Source: Candidatus Hodarchaeum mangrovi
GTDB taxonomy: Archaea > Asgardarchaeota > Heimdallarchaeia > Hodarchaeales > Hodarchaeaceae
Assembly: GCA_016839515.1 (NCBI GenBank)
Contig: JAEOUE010000215.1
Location: 1-11,057 of the forward strand
DNA: 11,057 bases
Direction: 5' to 3'
The position numbers and the translations under genes are program-made. Below the pieces are notes generated by a model. It did no database searches. It was not told the origin of the DNA and was given only the letters and a program-made list of their open reading frames with translations. Position 1 is the first letter of the stretch. Every line of letters begins with the position of its first letter. Positions 1 to 8,310 of the stretch are shown here, in pieces.

Positions 1-2
1 CA

Positions 3-461
3 ACAGAAGGATCAGTAGTAAGTCTTACTCTTATTTTGAAGAATTTAAGTCCTCATCTTGAGACAATTGATAGAATTTTTATTGCTGATAAATATATGAA
101 TCCATATATGAGTGGTAAATCAGAATTGTCATTCTCAGAAATAGATCCTTTGGAATCAAAGACTATATCGTTCGATATAACCTTAAATTCTACTATAACT
201 ACTGAGAATAATTTAACATTTCTTGTTGGAAATGATTACATTGGATATAGTCCAATAAGTATAACCAAAAGCCAAATTAGCGAAACTACCTCAATTGAAA
301 TTTATTCTACGATACTTGCAATTCCTCTTCTGATCTATTTTAAAAAGAAACAATATGGAGTTATTTTGGAGAAATTTTATCAGACTCCTTATTTTTATTC
401 TTCATTCGAGTTGAAATTTCATCTTCAACCATTTGAATTAATTTTGAAGTATGCTCCATAG
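3..461 (+). CDS. Partial (5'-truncated) surface/secreted protein, C-terminal beta-rich region plus membrane-anchor-like segment
   Basis: Frame 3 is open from the window start (TEGSVVSLTLILKNLS...), so the TTG at 36 is not the true start. Ig/CARDB-like alternating pattern (EIDPLESKTISFDIT), sequons NST and NLT, then S/T-rich linker, hydrophobic stretch and basic cluster (TTSIEIYSTILAIPLLIYFKKK). Confidence 0.65.
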   Translation, partial: TEGSVVSLTLILKNLSPHLETIDRIFIADKYMNPYMSGKSELSFSEIDPLESKTISFDITLNSTITTENNLTFLVGNDYIGYSPISITKSQISETTSIEIYSTILAIPLLIYFKKKQYGVILEKFYQTPYFYSSFELKFHLQPFELILKYAP

Positions 462-1014
462 ACTTGTGAAGGTGTTTTAAGTGAAGTTCCAATCTTTCAG
501 CTTCAGTTTCAGTTAGAACCTCTTGAAGTTCCTCTTGACTCAGATTAGAAAATAGCTGGGGAGGAGGTCCAATAGGTTTCTCTTTTCCGAGAATAAATGA
601 TCGTGTAAATTCTTTTCGTGACTCCTCTAATTTTTCAGCGACTTTCATTCCAAAAGGAGTTAATCTATAGTGTTTTACTGATCTTGGATCTTCCACCTCG
701 CCACTTATCATTTCAAGGACCCTTTTCTCAGTCAATTCCTTGAGGATAGGGTAGATGGAGGAAGTTTTCGGGTGCCATTTCCCCTTTGTTACTTCATCAA
801 TTTCTTGAGCAATTTTATATCCATGAATGGACTTTTTTCTCTCAATATCAGGATCTAAAGATTGATTTGCCTCATCTAGGATACTATGACATCGTAGAAG
901 ATGAAGAATGAAAAATCGAAGACTGCCTCTGCGATATCGTTTCATCCAAGTTGTAACCAACAGTTTAGCTTGCTCATCAGCATCCTTGGGAGTTACCACG
1001 GAGGATCTACTCAA
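361..1014 (-). CDS. PadR-family winged-helix transcriptional regulator
   Basis: RRGSLRFFILHLL...HGYKIAQEI...WHPKTSSIYPILKELTEKRVLE...KHYRLTPFG matches the PadR motif series. TTG start; an alternative ATG lies at MKRYRRG. Confidence 0.92.
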   Translation of the reverse strand: MSRSSVVTPKDADEQAKLLVTTWMKRYRRGSLRFFILHLLRCHSILDEANQSLDPDIERKKSIHGYKIAQEIDEVTKGKWHPKTSSIYPILKELTEKRVLEMISGEVEDPRSVKHYRLTPFGMKVAEKLEESRKEFTRSFILGKEKPIGPPPQLFSNLSQEELQEVLTETEAERLELHLKHLHKSMEHTSKLIQMVEDEISTRMKNKNKESDKISPK

Positions 1015-1055
1015 TATATCGAAAAATAAACTCTATTGTACCAATATGATAACAT

Positions 1056-1071
1056 TAATATATAGTTTTCC
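1056..1071 (-). promoter_or_regulatory. Putative BRE-TATA promoter for padR
   Basis: Minus strand reads GGAAAAC-TATATATTA about 45 nt upstream of the padR start, i.e. purine-rich BRE followed by a TATA-like box. Confidence 0.45.
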
Positions 1072-1074
1072 TCT

Positions 1075-1095
1075 ATATGTCAGATAACAACATAT
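1075..1095. promoter_or_regulatory. Candidate PadR operator, ATATGT-N9-ACATAT inverted repeat
   Basis: Perfect 6-bp arms in the divergent intergenic region. Resembles the ATGT-Nn-ACAT operators described for bacterial PadR/LmrR. Confidence 0.55.
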
Positions 1096-1107
1096 CTTAT
1101 TAACTGG

Positions 1108-1114
1108 TTTTAAA
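1108..1114 (+). promoter_or_regulatory. Putative TATA box for the ABC operon
   Basis: TTTTAAA about 45 nt upstream of the ATG at 1159. Confidence 0.35.
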
Positions 1115-1158
1115 TTTAATAATTTTGAAAAATCTCGCTGATAACGAAGGAAAAATTC

Positions 1159-2967
1159 ATGCAACAAACACAATCTGTTCCATCTATGTATAAAAGGCCT
1201 AAAGAATCAGAGTTACCGATAAATAAGTATCGTTCATCAACTCATTGGTATTTTAGTTTTTTCTGGCGAAGTCCCGGTTTAGTATTGCTTAGTTTAGGAG
1301 TCTCCCTAGTTTCTACGTTCTTATCCATTCTTCCTAGCATTTTATTAGGTATTGCTTTTAGTATTCTTGAAAATCAAGGATTCTCTGAAGTTTTCGTATT
1401 TATTTGTATTTTGATAACACTTACTACAGTTCTAAACTTTGCATTCACATTTATTACTAATTATTCATGGACAGTTGCAGCCTTCAGATTTGAAAGAGAT
1501 GCACGTCAGGAATTTTTCGATACCGTACAAGAACATTCTATGACTTTTCATGATGAAATTGACAGTAGTGCTTTACTTTCAATGGCAATGAATGAAATCT
1601 CCCAAATGAGGATGGGTATTAACCCTAATATGCGTATGATTATTGCATCTCTGCTAAGTATGGTATTTACGCTTCTTGTTTTTTTATCAGTTGATTCTAT
1701 TTACTTTCTAGTGGGTTTAATCGGTTTTCCTATCTATATGATCTTAGTTTTTCGCTATGCTTCAGTAATTGGTCCAATTCGTCAAGAATTAGCTAATCGC
1801 CTTGCTATCGTAACAAGAAACTCACAGGAAATATTTCGGGGAATTGAAGTTGTTCGCAGTTTTAATCAAGAAAATCGGGAAAATACACGTTTCATAAAAG
1901 GAAGTAACAAATATGCTGATATTGTAAATCGTGAGGGAAGATTATCTGCTTTCTTTTGGCCTGCTACTATCTTACTCTTGATTACTGCAATTATTTTTGG
2001 AATTGGTCTAATGAAATTAGCAGAAGATCCTTCAACAATCGGAGCTTTTACAACATCAATTTCATTGTTATTATCCCTCCAATTCATTAATTTTATGTTA
2101 CCAATGTCAATTTTAAGCATTCGAGCTGGAAAAACAAATGCTGATAGAATCTGGGAAAAAATGACTTGGAAGGATCCTGTCCCAGATGAAGCTAGGGAAG
2201 GTCACACTCCTAACTGGAATGGTGATATAGCTTTTGAAGATGTTAGTTTCAAATATGGGCAAAATGGAACTAAATTTGCCTTGGAAAAGGTAAATATCAC
2301 CATCCCTCATGGCTCGCATGTAGCAGTGATTGGAGGCCCTGGTTCTGGTAAATCGACATTTTTGAAACTTCTATTACGTCTTTATGATCCTTCAGAAGGG
2401 AAAATAATGATTGGAGGAGTTCCAATGGCGGAAATTCCAGCCAAAGAAATACGAAAAGGTGTAACCATGGTGGAACAAGAAATATTTCTCTTTTCTGCAT
2501 CTGTAAAAGAAAATATTGCTTTTGCTAATCCTTCTGCTTCAGATTCAGAAATTCTTGAGGCAGCAAGAAAAGCTCAAGCTTTAGCTTTCATAAATAAATT
2601 ACCCCAACAATTGGATACACGAATTGGAGAACGAGGATCAAAATTATCTGGAGGTCAACGACAAAGACTTGCCATAGCTCGTGCAATCCTTGCAGATCCT
2701 AAAATCTTATTATTGGATGATTCAGCTTCAGCCATAGATTCTAAGACGGAACTTCTGTTAAGAAGAGCATTAGATGAACTGATGAAAAATAGGACATCAA
2801 TAGTAGTTACCCAAAGACTTCGAACCTTACTTGAATCGGATTTTATCATTTTATTTGATAAGGGTAGGATTATAGCTCACGGAACACATGAAGAACTGTT
2901 AAGAATAAGCCCACAATATCAAACTATCTTTAAAGCTTTACCCGAATCTATAGGAGGTCAGTTCTAA
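1159..2967 (+). CDS. ABC exporter half-transporter (TMD+NBD), TM287/MdlA-like subunit with degenerate Walker B and switch
   Basis: About six TM helices. Walker A GGPGSGKST, canonical signature LSGGQRQR, Walker B LLLDD (Asp replaces the catalytic Glu), switch TQR (Gln replaces His). Confidence 0.95.
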   Translation: MQQTQSVPSMYKRPKESELPINKYRSSTHWYFSFFWRSPGLVLLSLGVSLVSTFLSILPSILLGIAFSILENQGFSEVFVFICILITLTTVLNFAFTFITNYSWTVAAFRFERDARQEFFDTVQEHSMTFHDEIDSSALLSMAMNEISQMRMGINPNMRMIIASLLSMVFTLLVFLSVDSIYFLVGLIGFPIYMILVFRYASVIGPIRQELANRLAIVTRNSQEIFRGIEVVRSFNQENRENTRFIKGSNKYADIVNREGRLSAFFWPATILLLITAIIFGIGLMKLAEDPSTIGAFTTSISLLLSLQFINFMLPMSILSIRAGKTNADRIWEKMTWKDPVPDEAREGHTPNWNGDIAFEDVSFKYGQNGTKFALEKVNITIPHGSHVAVIGGPGSGKSTFLKLLLRLYDPSEGKIMIGGVPMAEIPAKEIRKGVTMVEQEIFLFSASVKENIAFANPSASDSEILEAARKAQALAFINKLPQQLDTRIGERGSKLSGGQRQRLAIARAILADPKILLLDDSASAIDSKTELLLRRALDELMKNRTSIVVTQRLRTLLESDFIILFDKGRIIAHGTHEELLRISPQYQTIFKALPESIGGQF

Positions 2968-4979
2968 TGTCTCGTCGGCATGGTCCTGGAGCACTCTTTT
3001 CTGAAAGAAGTTTCAAGCGTACAAGACCAACGAAAGTCTTATTACCCATGCTTTGGCATTATTTAGGTCGATTTTGGCCTTATCTTATCATTTCTGCTAT
3101 ATCTATCTTGATCTATACAATTGGGTCTATTATTTATCCATTAATCATTAGTAGTGGATTGGACATAGCAATCCCTGTTGGATCAACGGTTCCTCCCGAC
3201 ACCAATTCCTTGATGATGATCTTTGTGATTTTTTTAGTTCTATCCTTTATCATTTGGTTTTTAAATGCTCTAAACACCTACATTTTATCTCATGTCAGAG
3301 CATATATGTTACACGATGTTAGGAAGGAGGTTTTTAATCGTTTAGTCAAAGCGGATATGAGTTTTCACAAAAAAGAACAAAGTGGTGATATTACCAGCAG
3401 AGTTGTCTCTGATACAGATGAGTTATCACAAGGGATATCAGTTGTAACTCAAGCCAGTTCCCAGCTATTATTAACATTTGGAACGTTTTTTATCCTTTTA
3501 GCTACCAATGTAATCATAACTGGAATTTCACTCCTTGCAATTCCTGTAGCTGCGGTTTTAGCAGGATTTCTTGGAAATATTGGCAGGAAAGTAATGTATC
3601 GTGTTCGAAAAAGCTATGGTGCAGTCACAGGTCAAATGGCGGAAAGCTTAGCTGGAGTGTCCATTGCCAAATCATTTAATCGTGAAGAATGGTCATCTGG
3701 GATTCTTTACGAGTTAAATTTACAAGCTTATAAATATTTTAAACAAATGGGAGCACTTTTTAACTTTTTAATGCCCTCTATATCAATGATTTCTATAATT
3801 CTTGTTTCAATGACATTATTTGTAGGAGGATCACTACACCCATCTGTATTAACCTTTGGTCAAATATATTTAGGCGTTAATATGGTTCAACGCTTCCTCA
3901 GTCCGATTCTACATCTATCAATGTTTTATCCACAACTTCAATCATCTCTAGCTGCCATGGATCGTATTGCTGATGTGCTAGAACAGCAAGATAATGTAAA
4001 AAATAGTGAAAATGCTGTCCCAATTTCGCTAGATGATACTAGTGTTACTTTTGAAGATGTTTCATTTGAATATGTGCAAGGTACCCCTGTTTTAAGTAAT
4101 ATTACATTTAAGGTAGAACAAGGTGAGAAAATAGCCATAGTAGGGCATACAGGTGCAGGAAAAACTACTTTGGCAGCTTTAATAGCACGTTTTTATGACC
4201 CTACCTCAGGAAGTATTTTTATTGGAAATCAGAATTTGAAAGATATCTCTCTTGAAAGTTTGCACTCCTCTATTGGTCTTATCCCCCAAGAACCATATTT
4301 ATTTGCTGATACAGTAATTGAAAATATTCGTTATGGTAATCCTGAAGTAAGTGATGGAGAAATCTTCGAATTGTGTAAATTAATTGGTGCAGAAGATTTT
4401 ATTGATGCGTTACCTGATGGGTACAACACACGTTTGTTAGAAAGCGGAAAAGGATTAAGTTCTGGACAAAGACAGATGATAACTATTGCTAGGACCATGT
4501 TAGCAGATCCCAAGATACTTGTTTTAGATGAAGCCACCTCTAGGTTGGATGCATATTCCGAGAGCTTAGTTCAGCTAGCTCAGAGAGCGTTGTTCGAAGG
4601 AAGAACTACCTTTGTAATTGCACATCGTTTAACAACAATTCGTGATGTGGATCGAATAGCAGTTTTTGAAAAAGGCAAACTTGTTGAATTAGGTACCCAT
4701 AAAGAACTTTTAGACAAAAGAGGTGTTTATTCTGAATTATATTATACTTATTATAGTCATCAAGGTATCGAAGAGATTTCAGAGGTTTATATGGCGCCTC
4801 GAGAAGAATCTCTTGATGAATCACCTCTAGCAGTAGCTGCTAATGGAAATACTCATCCTCCTGGGATGCAACGCAATTTAGATAATATAAATCCTGATCA
4901 AATAGCAAAAATGAGGGAAATGTATGAAAAAATGTCTCCTGAAGAGCGAGAACGGTTAAAACATAGATTTCATCCCTGA
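2967..4979 (+). CDS. ABC exporter half-transporter (TMD+NBD), TM288/MdlB-like subunit with C-terminal extension
   Basis: Walker A GHTGAGKTT, non-canonical signature LSSGQ, Walker B LVLDE, switch AHR. Start overlaps the upstream stop (TAATG at 2965-2969), indicating translational coupling. Confidence 0.95.
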   Translation: MSRRHGPGALFSERSFKRTRPTKVLLPMLWHYLGRFWPYLIISAISILIYTIGSIIYPLIISSGLDIAIPVGSTVPPDTNSLMMIFVIFLVLSFIIWFLNALNTYILSHVRAYMLHDVRKEVFNRLVKADMSFHKKEQSGDITSRVVSDTDELSQGISVVTQASSQLLLTFGTFFILLATNVIITGISLLAIPVAAVLAGFLGNIGRKVMYRVRKSYGAVTGQMAESLAGVSIAKSFNREEWSSGILYELNLQAYKYFKQMGALFNFLMPSISMISIILVSMTLFVGGSLHPSVLTFGQIYLGVNMVQRFLSPILHLSMFYPQLQSSLAAMDRIADVLEQQDNVKNSENAVPISLDDTSVTFEDVSFEYVQGTPVLSNITFKVEQGEKIAIVGHTGAGKTTLAALIARFYDPTSGSIFIGNQNLKDISLESLHSSIGLIPQEPYLFADTVIENIRYGNPEVSDGEIFELCKLIGAEDFIDALPDGYNTRLLESGKGLSSGQRQMITIARTMLADPKILVLDEATSRLDAYSESLVQLAQRALFEGRTTFVIAHRLTTIRDVDRIAVFEKGKLVELGTHKELLDKRGVYSELYYTYYSHQGIEEISEVYMAPREESLDESPLAVAANGNTHPPGMQRNLDNINPDQIAKMREMYEKMSPEERERLKHRFHP

Positions 4980-4994
4980 TTTTTCTCTTTATTT
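4980..4994 (+). terminator. Putative archaeal oligo-T terminator
   Basis: TTTTTCTCTTTATTT immediately after the ABC operon stop. Confidence 0.4.
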
Positions 4995-5211
4995 CGATAA
5001 CCATTACTTTAAGTGATTTAGGTTATTTTATTTGTTACTAATTGATTATTTTTGTACTATCACTAAAACCCTACATTCTTCAGGGGGATTTTCAGCTTTT
5101 CGTTAACGGATTATTTTCATAAGTAATTATTCCATAAATGTTTCATAAGAATTACCTCTACAGTTACCTTTATTGTTGAATAAATAGTAGGATTATTTGA
5201 GGAACTCTAGA

Positions 5212-5832
5212 ATGATTGATCCATTCCTAATAAAATTCATTATAACCTTGAATTTTCTAATCTACATTGGATTTACGCTTCCACTTGATCTGAAAACTTA
5301 TCTTAAAAGAAATCCAAATCTAAAACAAAAAATTTCACCAGAATCAAAAATCAATTTTTGGTCTATTCTTGCCTTTATAACATCTGGATGTGTATGGATT
5401 GTGTTTTTCTTAAATTCTATCGCTTTTTTTCTGAACCTCCAGATTAGCTATATTCCTAAATTAATTCCTAATACAATTTTGTTCAATATTTTCCAATTGT
5501 TGGGAGCTATTCTCATATCTTGTGGAACTATAATTGCTGTATTAGGTCGATATTCTCGTTGGGATCGTGCTTTTTCTTGGGGGATTCCTACTAAATTGGA
5601 AACAAAAGGGATGTATCGATGGATACGTCATCCTCTCTACTCTTCTTATATCTTCTATTTTCTTGGATTTCCTTTATTATATCTAAATCCTTTCTTTTTA
5701 TTCTTATTACTCGGAATAATAGGATATTTTTCGATCACGCTGTACGAAGAAGCCCTTTTGGTCAAATATTTTCCTGAGGAGTATCCTATATACCAAAAAA
5801 AAGTTAAAAGGTTCATACCACTTTTGTGGTAA
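5212..5832 (+). CDS. Isoprenylcysteine carboxyl methyltransferase (ICMT/PEMT, STE14-like) family integral membrane methyltransferase
   Basis: Multiple TM helices and the motifs LETKGMYRWIRHPLYSS and EEALLVKYFPEEYPIYQKKVKRFIP. ATG at 5212 preferred; TTG at 5197 is possible. Confidence 0.88.
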   Translation: MIDPFLIKFIITLNFLIYIGFTLPLDLKTYLKRNPNLKQKISPESKINFWSILAFITSGCVWIVFFLNSIAFFLNLQISYIPKLIPNTILFNIFQLLGAILISCGTIIAVLGRYSRWDRAFSWGIPTKLETKGMYRWIRHPLYSSYIFYFLGFPLLYLNPFFLFLLLGIIGYFSITLYEEALLVKYFPEEYPIYQKKVKRFIPLLW

Positions 5833-5876
5833 TACCCTTAAGAACACTCAACAACATATTTACTTTGTGGATTTTC

Positions 5877-6878
5877 ATGCCAAAAAAAGAGAATTCAGCA
5901 TTAAAGGCTTTTGAATCACGAGTTGAATTTCCACAGGACTTAAAGTTCAAAGATAAAGCAATAAGATATAGTAAAACTTATAAGGAACGTATTGACATAA
6001 ATATAGGATTGAATGATACGCTAGATTACATTCAAAGCATTCCTGACGCCTCTATATCACTTATTGTTTCTTCACCACCATATAATATAGGAAAACCATA
6101 TGAAGAAAGAATAGAGTTTGAACAATATCTATCATGGCAATCCCATGTACTCCAAGAATGTAAGAGGATCCTTAAACCAGATGGAAATATCTGTTGGGAA
6201 GTAGGGAATCATGTAAAGGAAGGGGAAGTCTACCCCCTTGATGTCTTTTTCTACCCAATCTTCAAAGAACTCGGATTTAATTTGAGAAATAGGCTTATTT
6301 GGCACTTTGGTCATGGATTACATGCTCAGAAACGATTTTCTGGCCGATATGAGATTATACTCTGGTTTTCCAAATCTTCTGATTACATCTTTAACTTAGA
6401 CCCGGTACGTGTTCCTCAAAAATATCCTGGAAAGCGAGCCTATAAAGGAAGAAATAAAGGAAAACCTTCTGGAAATCCATTAGGGAAAAACCCTTCTGAT
6501 TTATGGGAGATTATTGAAGCTGATTGGGAAAATCAATTGTGGAATATCCCAAACGTTAAGTCTAACCACCCAGAAAAAACAATTCATCCATGTCAATTTC
6601 CAATTGAGCTAGTAGAACGCCTGATCCTAGCATTATCTAATCCAGGTGACCTTATATTTGATCCTTTTATGGGAGTGGGATCAACTTTACTAGCTGGATT
6701 AATTCATGGCAGAAAGGTAATTGGTGTGGACAAAGAAAAAGAATTTACAGATATTGCCGTTGTTAGAGTTCGAAAATATTTGGAAGGCTCATTAAAAAAA
6801 CGTAGACTTGGAAAACCTGTACATAAACCGCGTGGAACCGAGAAAGTTGTTCAAAAACCTTTAGAATGGCGGGAATAG
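5877..6878 (+). CDS. Beta-class site-specific DNA methyltransferase (N4-cytosine likely; M.BglII-like family by recall)
   Basis: Catalytic motif IV SSPPY precedes SAM-binding motif I FDPFMGVGST (beta order); HPCQFP motif also present. ATG at 5877 preferred over GTG at 5826, which overlaps the upstream gene. Confidence 0.92.
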   Translation: MPKKENSALKAFESRVEFPQDLKFKDKAIRYSKTYKERIDINIGLNDTLDYIQSIPDASISLIVSSPPYNIGKPYEERIEFEQYLSWQSHVLQECKRILKPDGNICWEVGNHVKEGEVYPLDVFFYPIFKELGFNLRNRLIWHFGHGLHAQKRFSGRYEIILWFSKSSDYIFNLDPVRVPQKYPGKRAYKGRNKGKPSGNPLGKNPSDLWEIIEADWENQLWNIPNVKSNHPEKTIHPCQFPIELVERLILALSNPGDLIFDPFMGVGSTLLAGLIHGRKVIGVDKEKEFTDIAVVRVRKYLEGSLKKRRLGKPVHKPRGTEKVVQKPLEWRE

Positions 6879-6996
6879 GCAATTATTGGAATTTATTTGA
6901 ACTTTCTTTCAAAAGATCAAGAGTTCCTTAAGAGTGTTTTTGGTTATTTCAAGAAAATTGTAAAACTAACTATTTAGATTATTAGTCTTATTATCA

Positions 6997-7002
6997 TTTA
7001 AA
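6997..7002 (+). promoter_or_regulatory. Putative TATA box for surface protein A
   Basis: TTTAAA about 32-37 nt upstream of the ATG at 7034, with no clear RBS, consistent with a near-leaderless transcript. Confidence 0.35.
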
Positions 7003-7033
7003 GGATTAAAGTGAACCTAGGCGATTCTCAAAC

Positions 7034-8155
7034 ATGGAGGATTATCGATTAAATTATTTCCTGAAGATTTTTCTTCAAAAATATAAATCAGGTCTAGTTA
7101 TTTTATTCATAATTCTTTTTTTCTCCCTCCATTTGACTCAAATTCAGGCCTTTTTGCAATCTAATGATGGGGAGGATGAGGAAGATGAATTTAATAATAT
7201 CGATGAAGATTATGATGGTATTGATGACCAATATGAAGAGATTAATAAACGACAGATTCAGTTTGAGGTTGGAGCTACCGAGATATCAATAGAATCTAGA
7301 TTAAAATCAGGTGAAAAACAAGATGAGATCCATTTCGTGATAAAAATAGAGGATGAAATCAGAATTAATATGGAATACGAATCAGATCTTGGGACATCTG
7401 AAATAGACCTGGAATTAAAATTAAAATTTTTCACACTCCTTGAGTACCTTGATGTTAATTTAGATGGGATTTTTACTAAATCTATTGATTCAGTTGTCCA
7501 AGAGATTGCCATAGAATCCTTAGACTTTTTTCCAATATCTTATTCTACCTTGAATAACAATTCTCTTTATTTATTTAACATAACCTCGATCAATTCCCTC
7601 TTTTCAATTCAGTTTTATATTGCTTCAGAATTTTTTATGATGAATAATGTAACTAATACTCCTACTCAATTGAAATTAGACATTGCTTTGAGAAATTTTC
7701 CATTTGTTCAGAATGATACTCAAATAGCTTTAGGTATTCAGTTTGAAGGGGAAAATGAATATGAATTAAATGAAGAGACAGAAGATGAGAAACAGGGAAG
7801 ATCGCAAGGTGAGAGTGAGGTGGAGCTTTTCCAAAATAATTTTACAGGTTTTTTTTCATGGTCAGAGAGTCTTTATGTTAATGATTTAGTTCAGAAAGTT
7901 AATATAAGTGCATTAGACATTTCAGAAGAGGGAACTGAGCTCTATTTTTCCTATCCTCATGGCTCAAAATTATTACATGATCCAAAATTAGGTGTTGCAG
8001 GAATCTTATTATCTCCTCCTTCTCCAACTGAAATCATCCAGCAATTAGTATCATTACTACAATTGCCTAAAGAAGGATATCTTTTTGTAATGACACTGAT
8101 CACATTGGTTGTGATTGCTGGAATTCTTCTTTTTCGGAAAAATAAGAATAATTAA
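7034..8155 (+). CDS. Acidic membrane-anchored surface glycoprotein, paralog A (unknown function)
   Basis: N-terminal signal/TM segment, D/E-rich tract, DxNxDG loop, beta-rich domain ending YPHG...HDPKLGV, six NxS/T sequons, C-terminal TM and basic tail. Collinear similarity to 9251..10369. Confidence 0.85.
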   Translation: MEDYRLNYFLKIFLQKYKSGLVILFIILFFSLHLTQIQAFLQSNDGEDEEDEFNNIDEDYDGIDDQYEEINKRQIQFEVGATEISIESRLKSGEKQDEIHFVIKIEDEIRINMEYESDLGTSEIDLELKLKFFTLLEYLDVNLDGIFTKSIDSVVQEIAIESLDFFPISYSTLNNNSLYLFNITSINSLFSIQFYIASEFFMMNNVTNTPTQLKLDIALRNFPFVQNDTQIALGIQFEGENEYELNEETEDEKQGRSQGESEVELFQNNFTGFFSWSESLYVNDLVQKVNISALDISEEGTELYFSYPHGSKLLHDPKLGVAGILLSPPSPTEIIQQLVSLLQLPKEGYLFVMTLITLVVIAGILLFRKNKNN

Positions 8156-8230
8156 AGCTTCAAGGTACTCTTAGAGAGTCAAAGATCCTAAAAATATAAA
8201 AGAAGATTCATATTGTTAATTCTATAATTC

Positions 8231-8243
8231 TTTTCTAGAAGAA
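8231..8243. promoter_or_regulatory. Candidate operator TTTTCTAGAAGAA upstream of the membrane regulator
   Basis: TTCTAGAA palindromic core, about 30 nt upstream of a TTTAAA box (8267-8272). Same core as 9149-9162. Confidence 0.4.
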
Positions 8244-8310
8244 TATTTGAGAGAATAAAGACATTTTTTAAAGATTTTGCTTAATAGATGCCCCGAGGTA
8301 AATTGATTCA

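Noticed and set aside
1866-4824. Short minus-strand ORFs (1866-2120, 2113-2319, 2297-2500, 2655-2849, 3938-4138, 4331-4537, 4606-4824)
   Set aside because: Antisense shadows inside well-supported ABC genes, with no recognisable motifs.
5826-5876. GTG start and N-terminal extension of the DNA methyltransferase
   Set aside because: Overlaps the upstream stop and looks like translated intergenic sequence; ATG 5877 is more plausible.
5212-6878. Functional link between the ICMT-family gene and the DNA methyltransferase, or evidence for protein prenylation
   Set aside because: Adjacency and shared SAM use are not evidence. Prokaryotic ICMT-family proteins are widespread with mostly unknown substrates, and no prenyltransferase is in the window.
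8233-8240. TTCTAGAA resembles a eukaryotic heat-shock element (nTTCnnGAAn)
   Set aside because: No HSF-like gene is seen here and the 8-mer is too short to imply homology. Kept only as a generic operator candidate.
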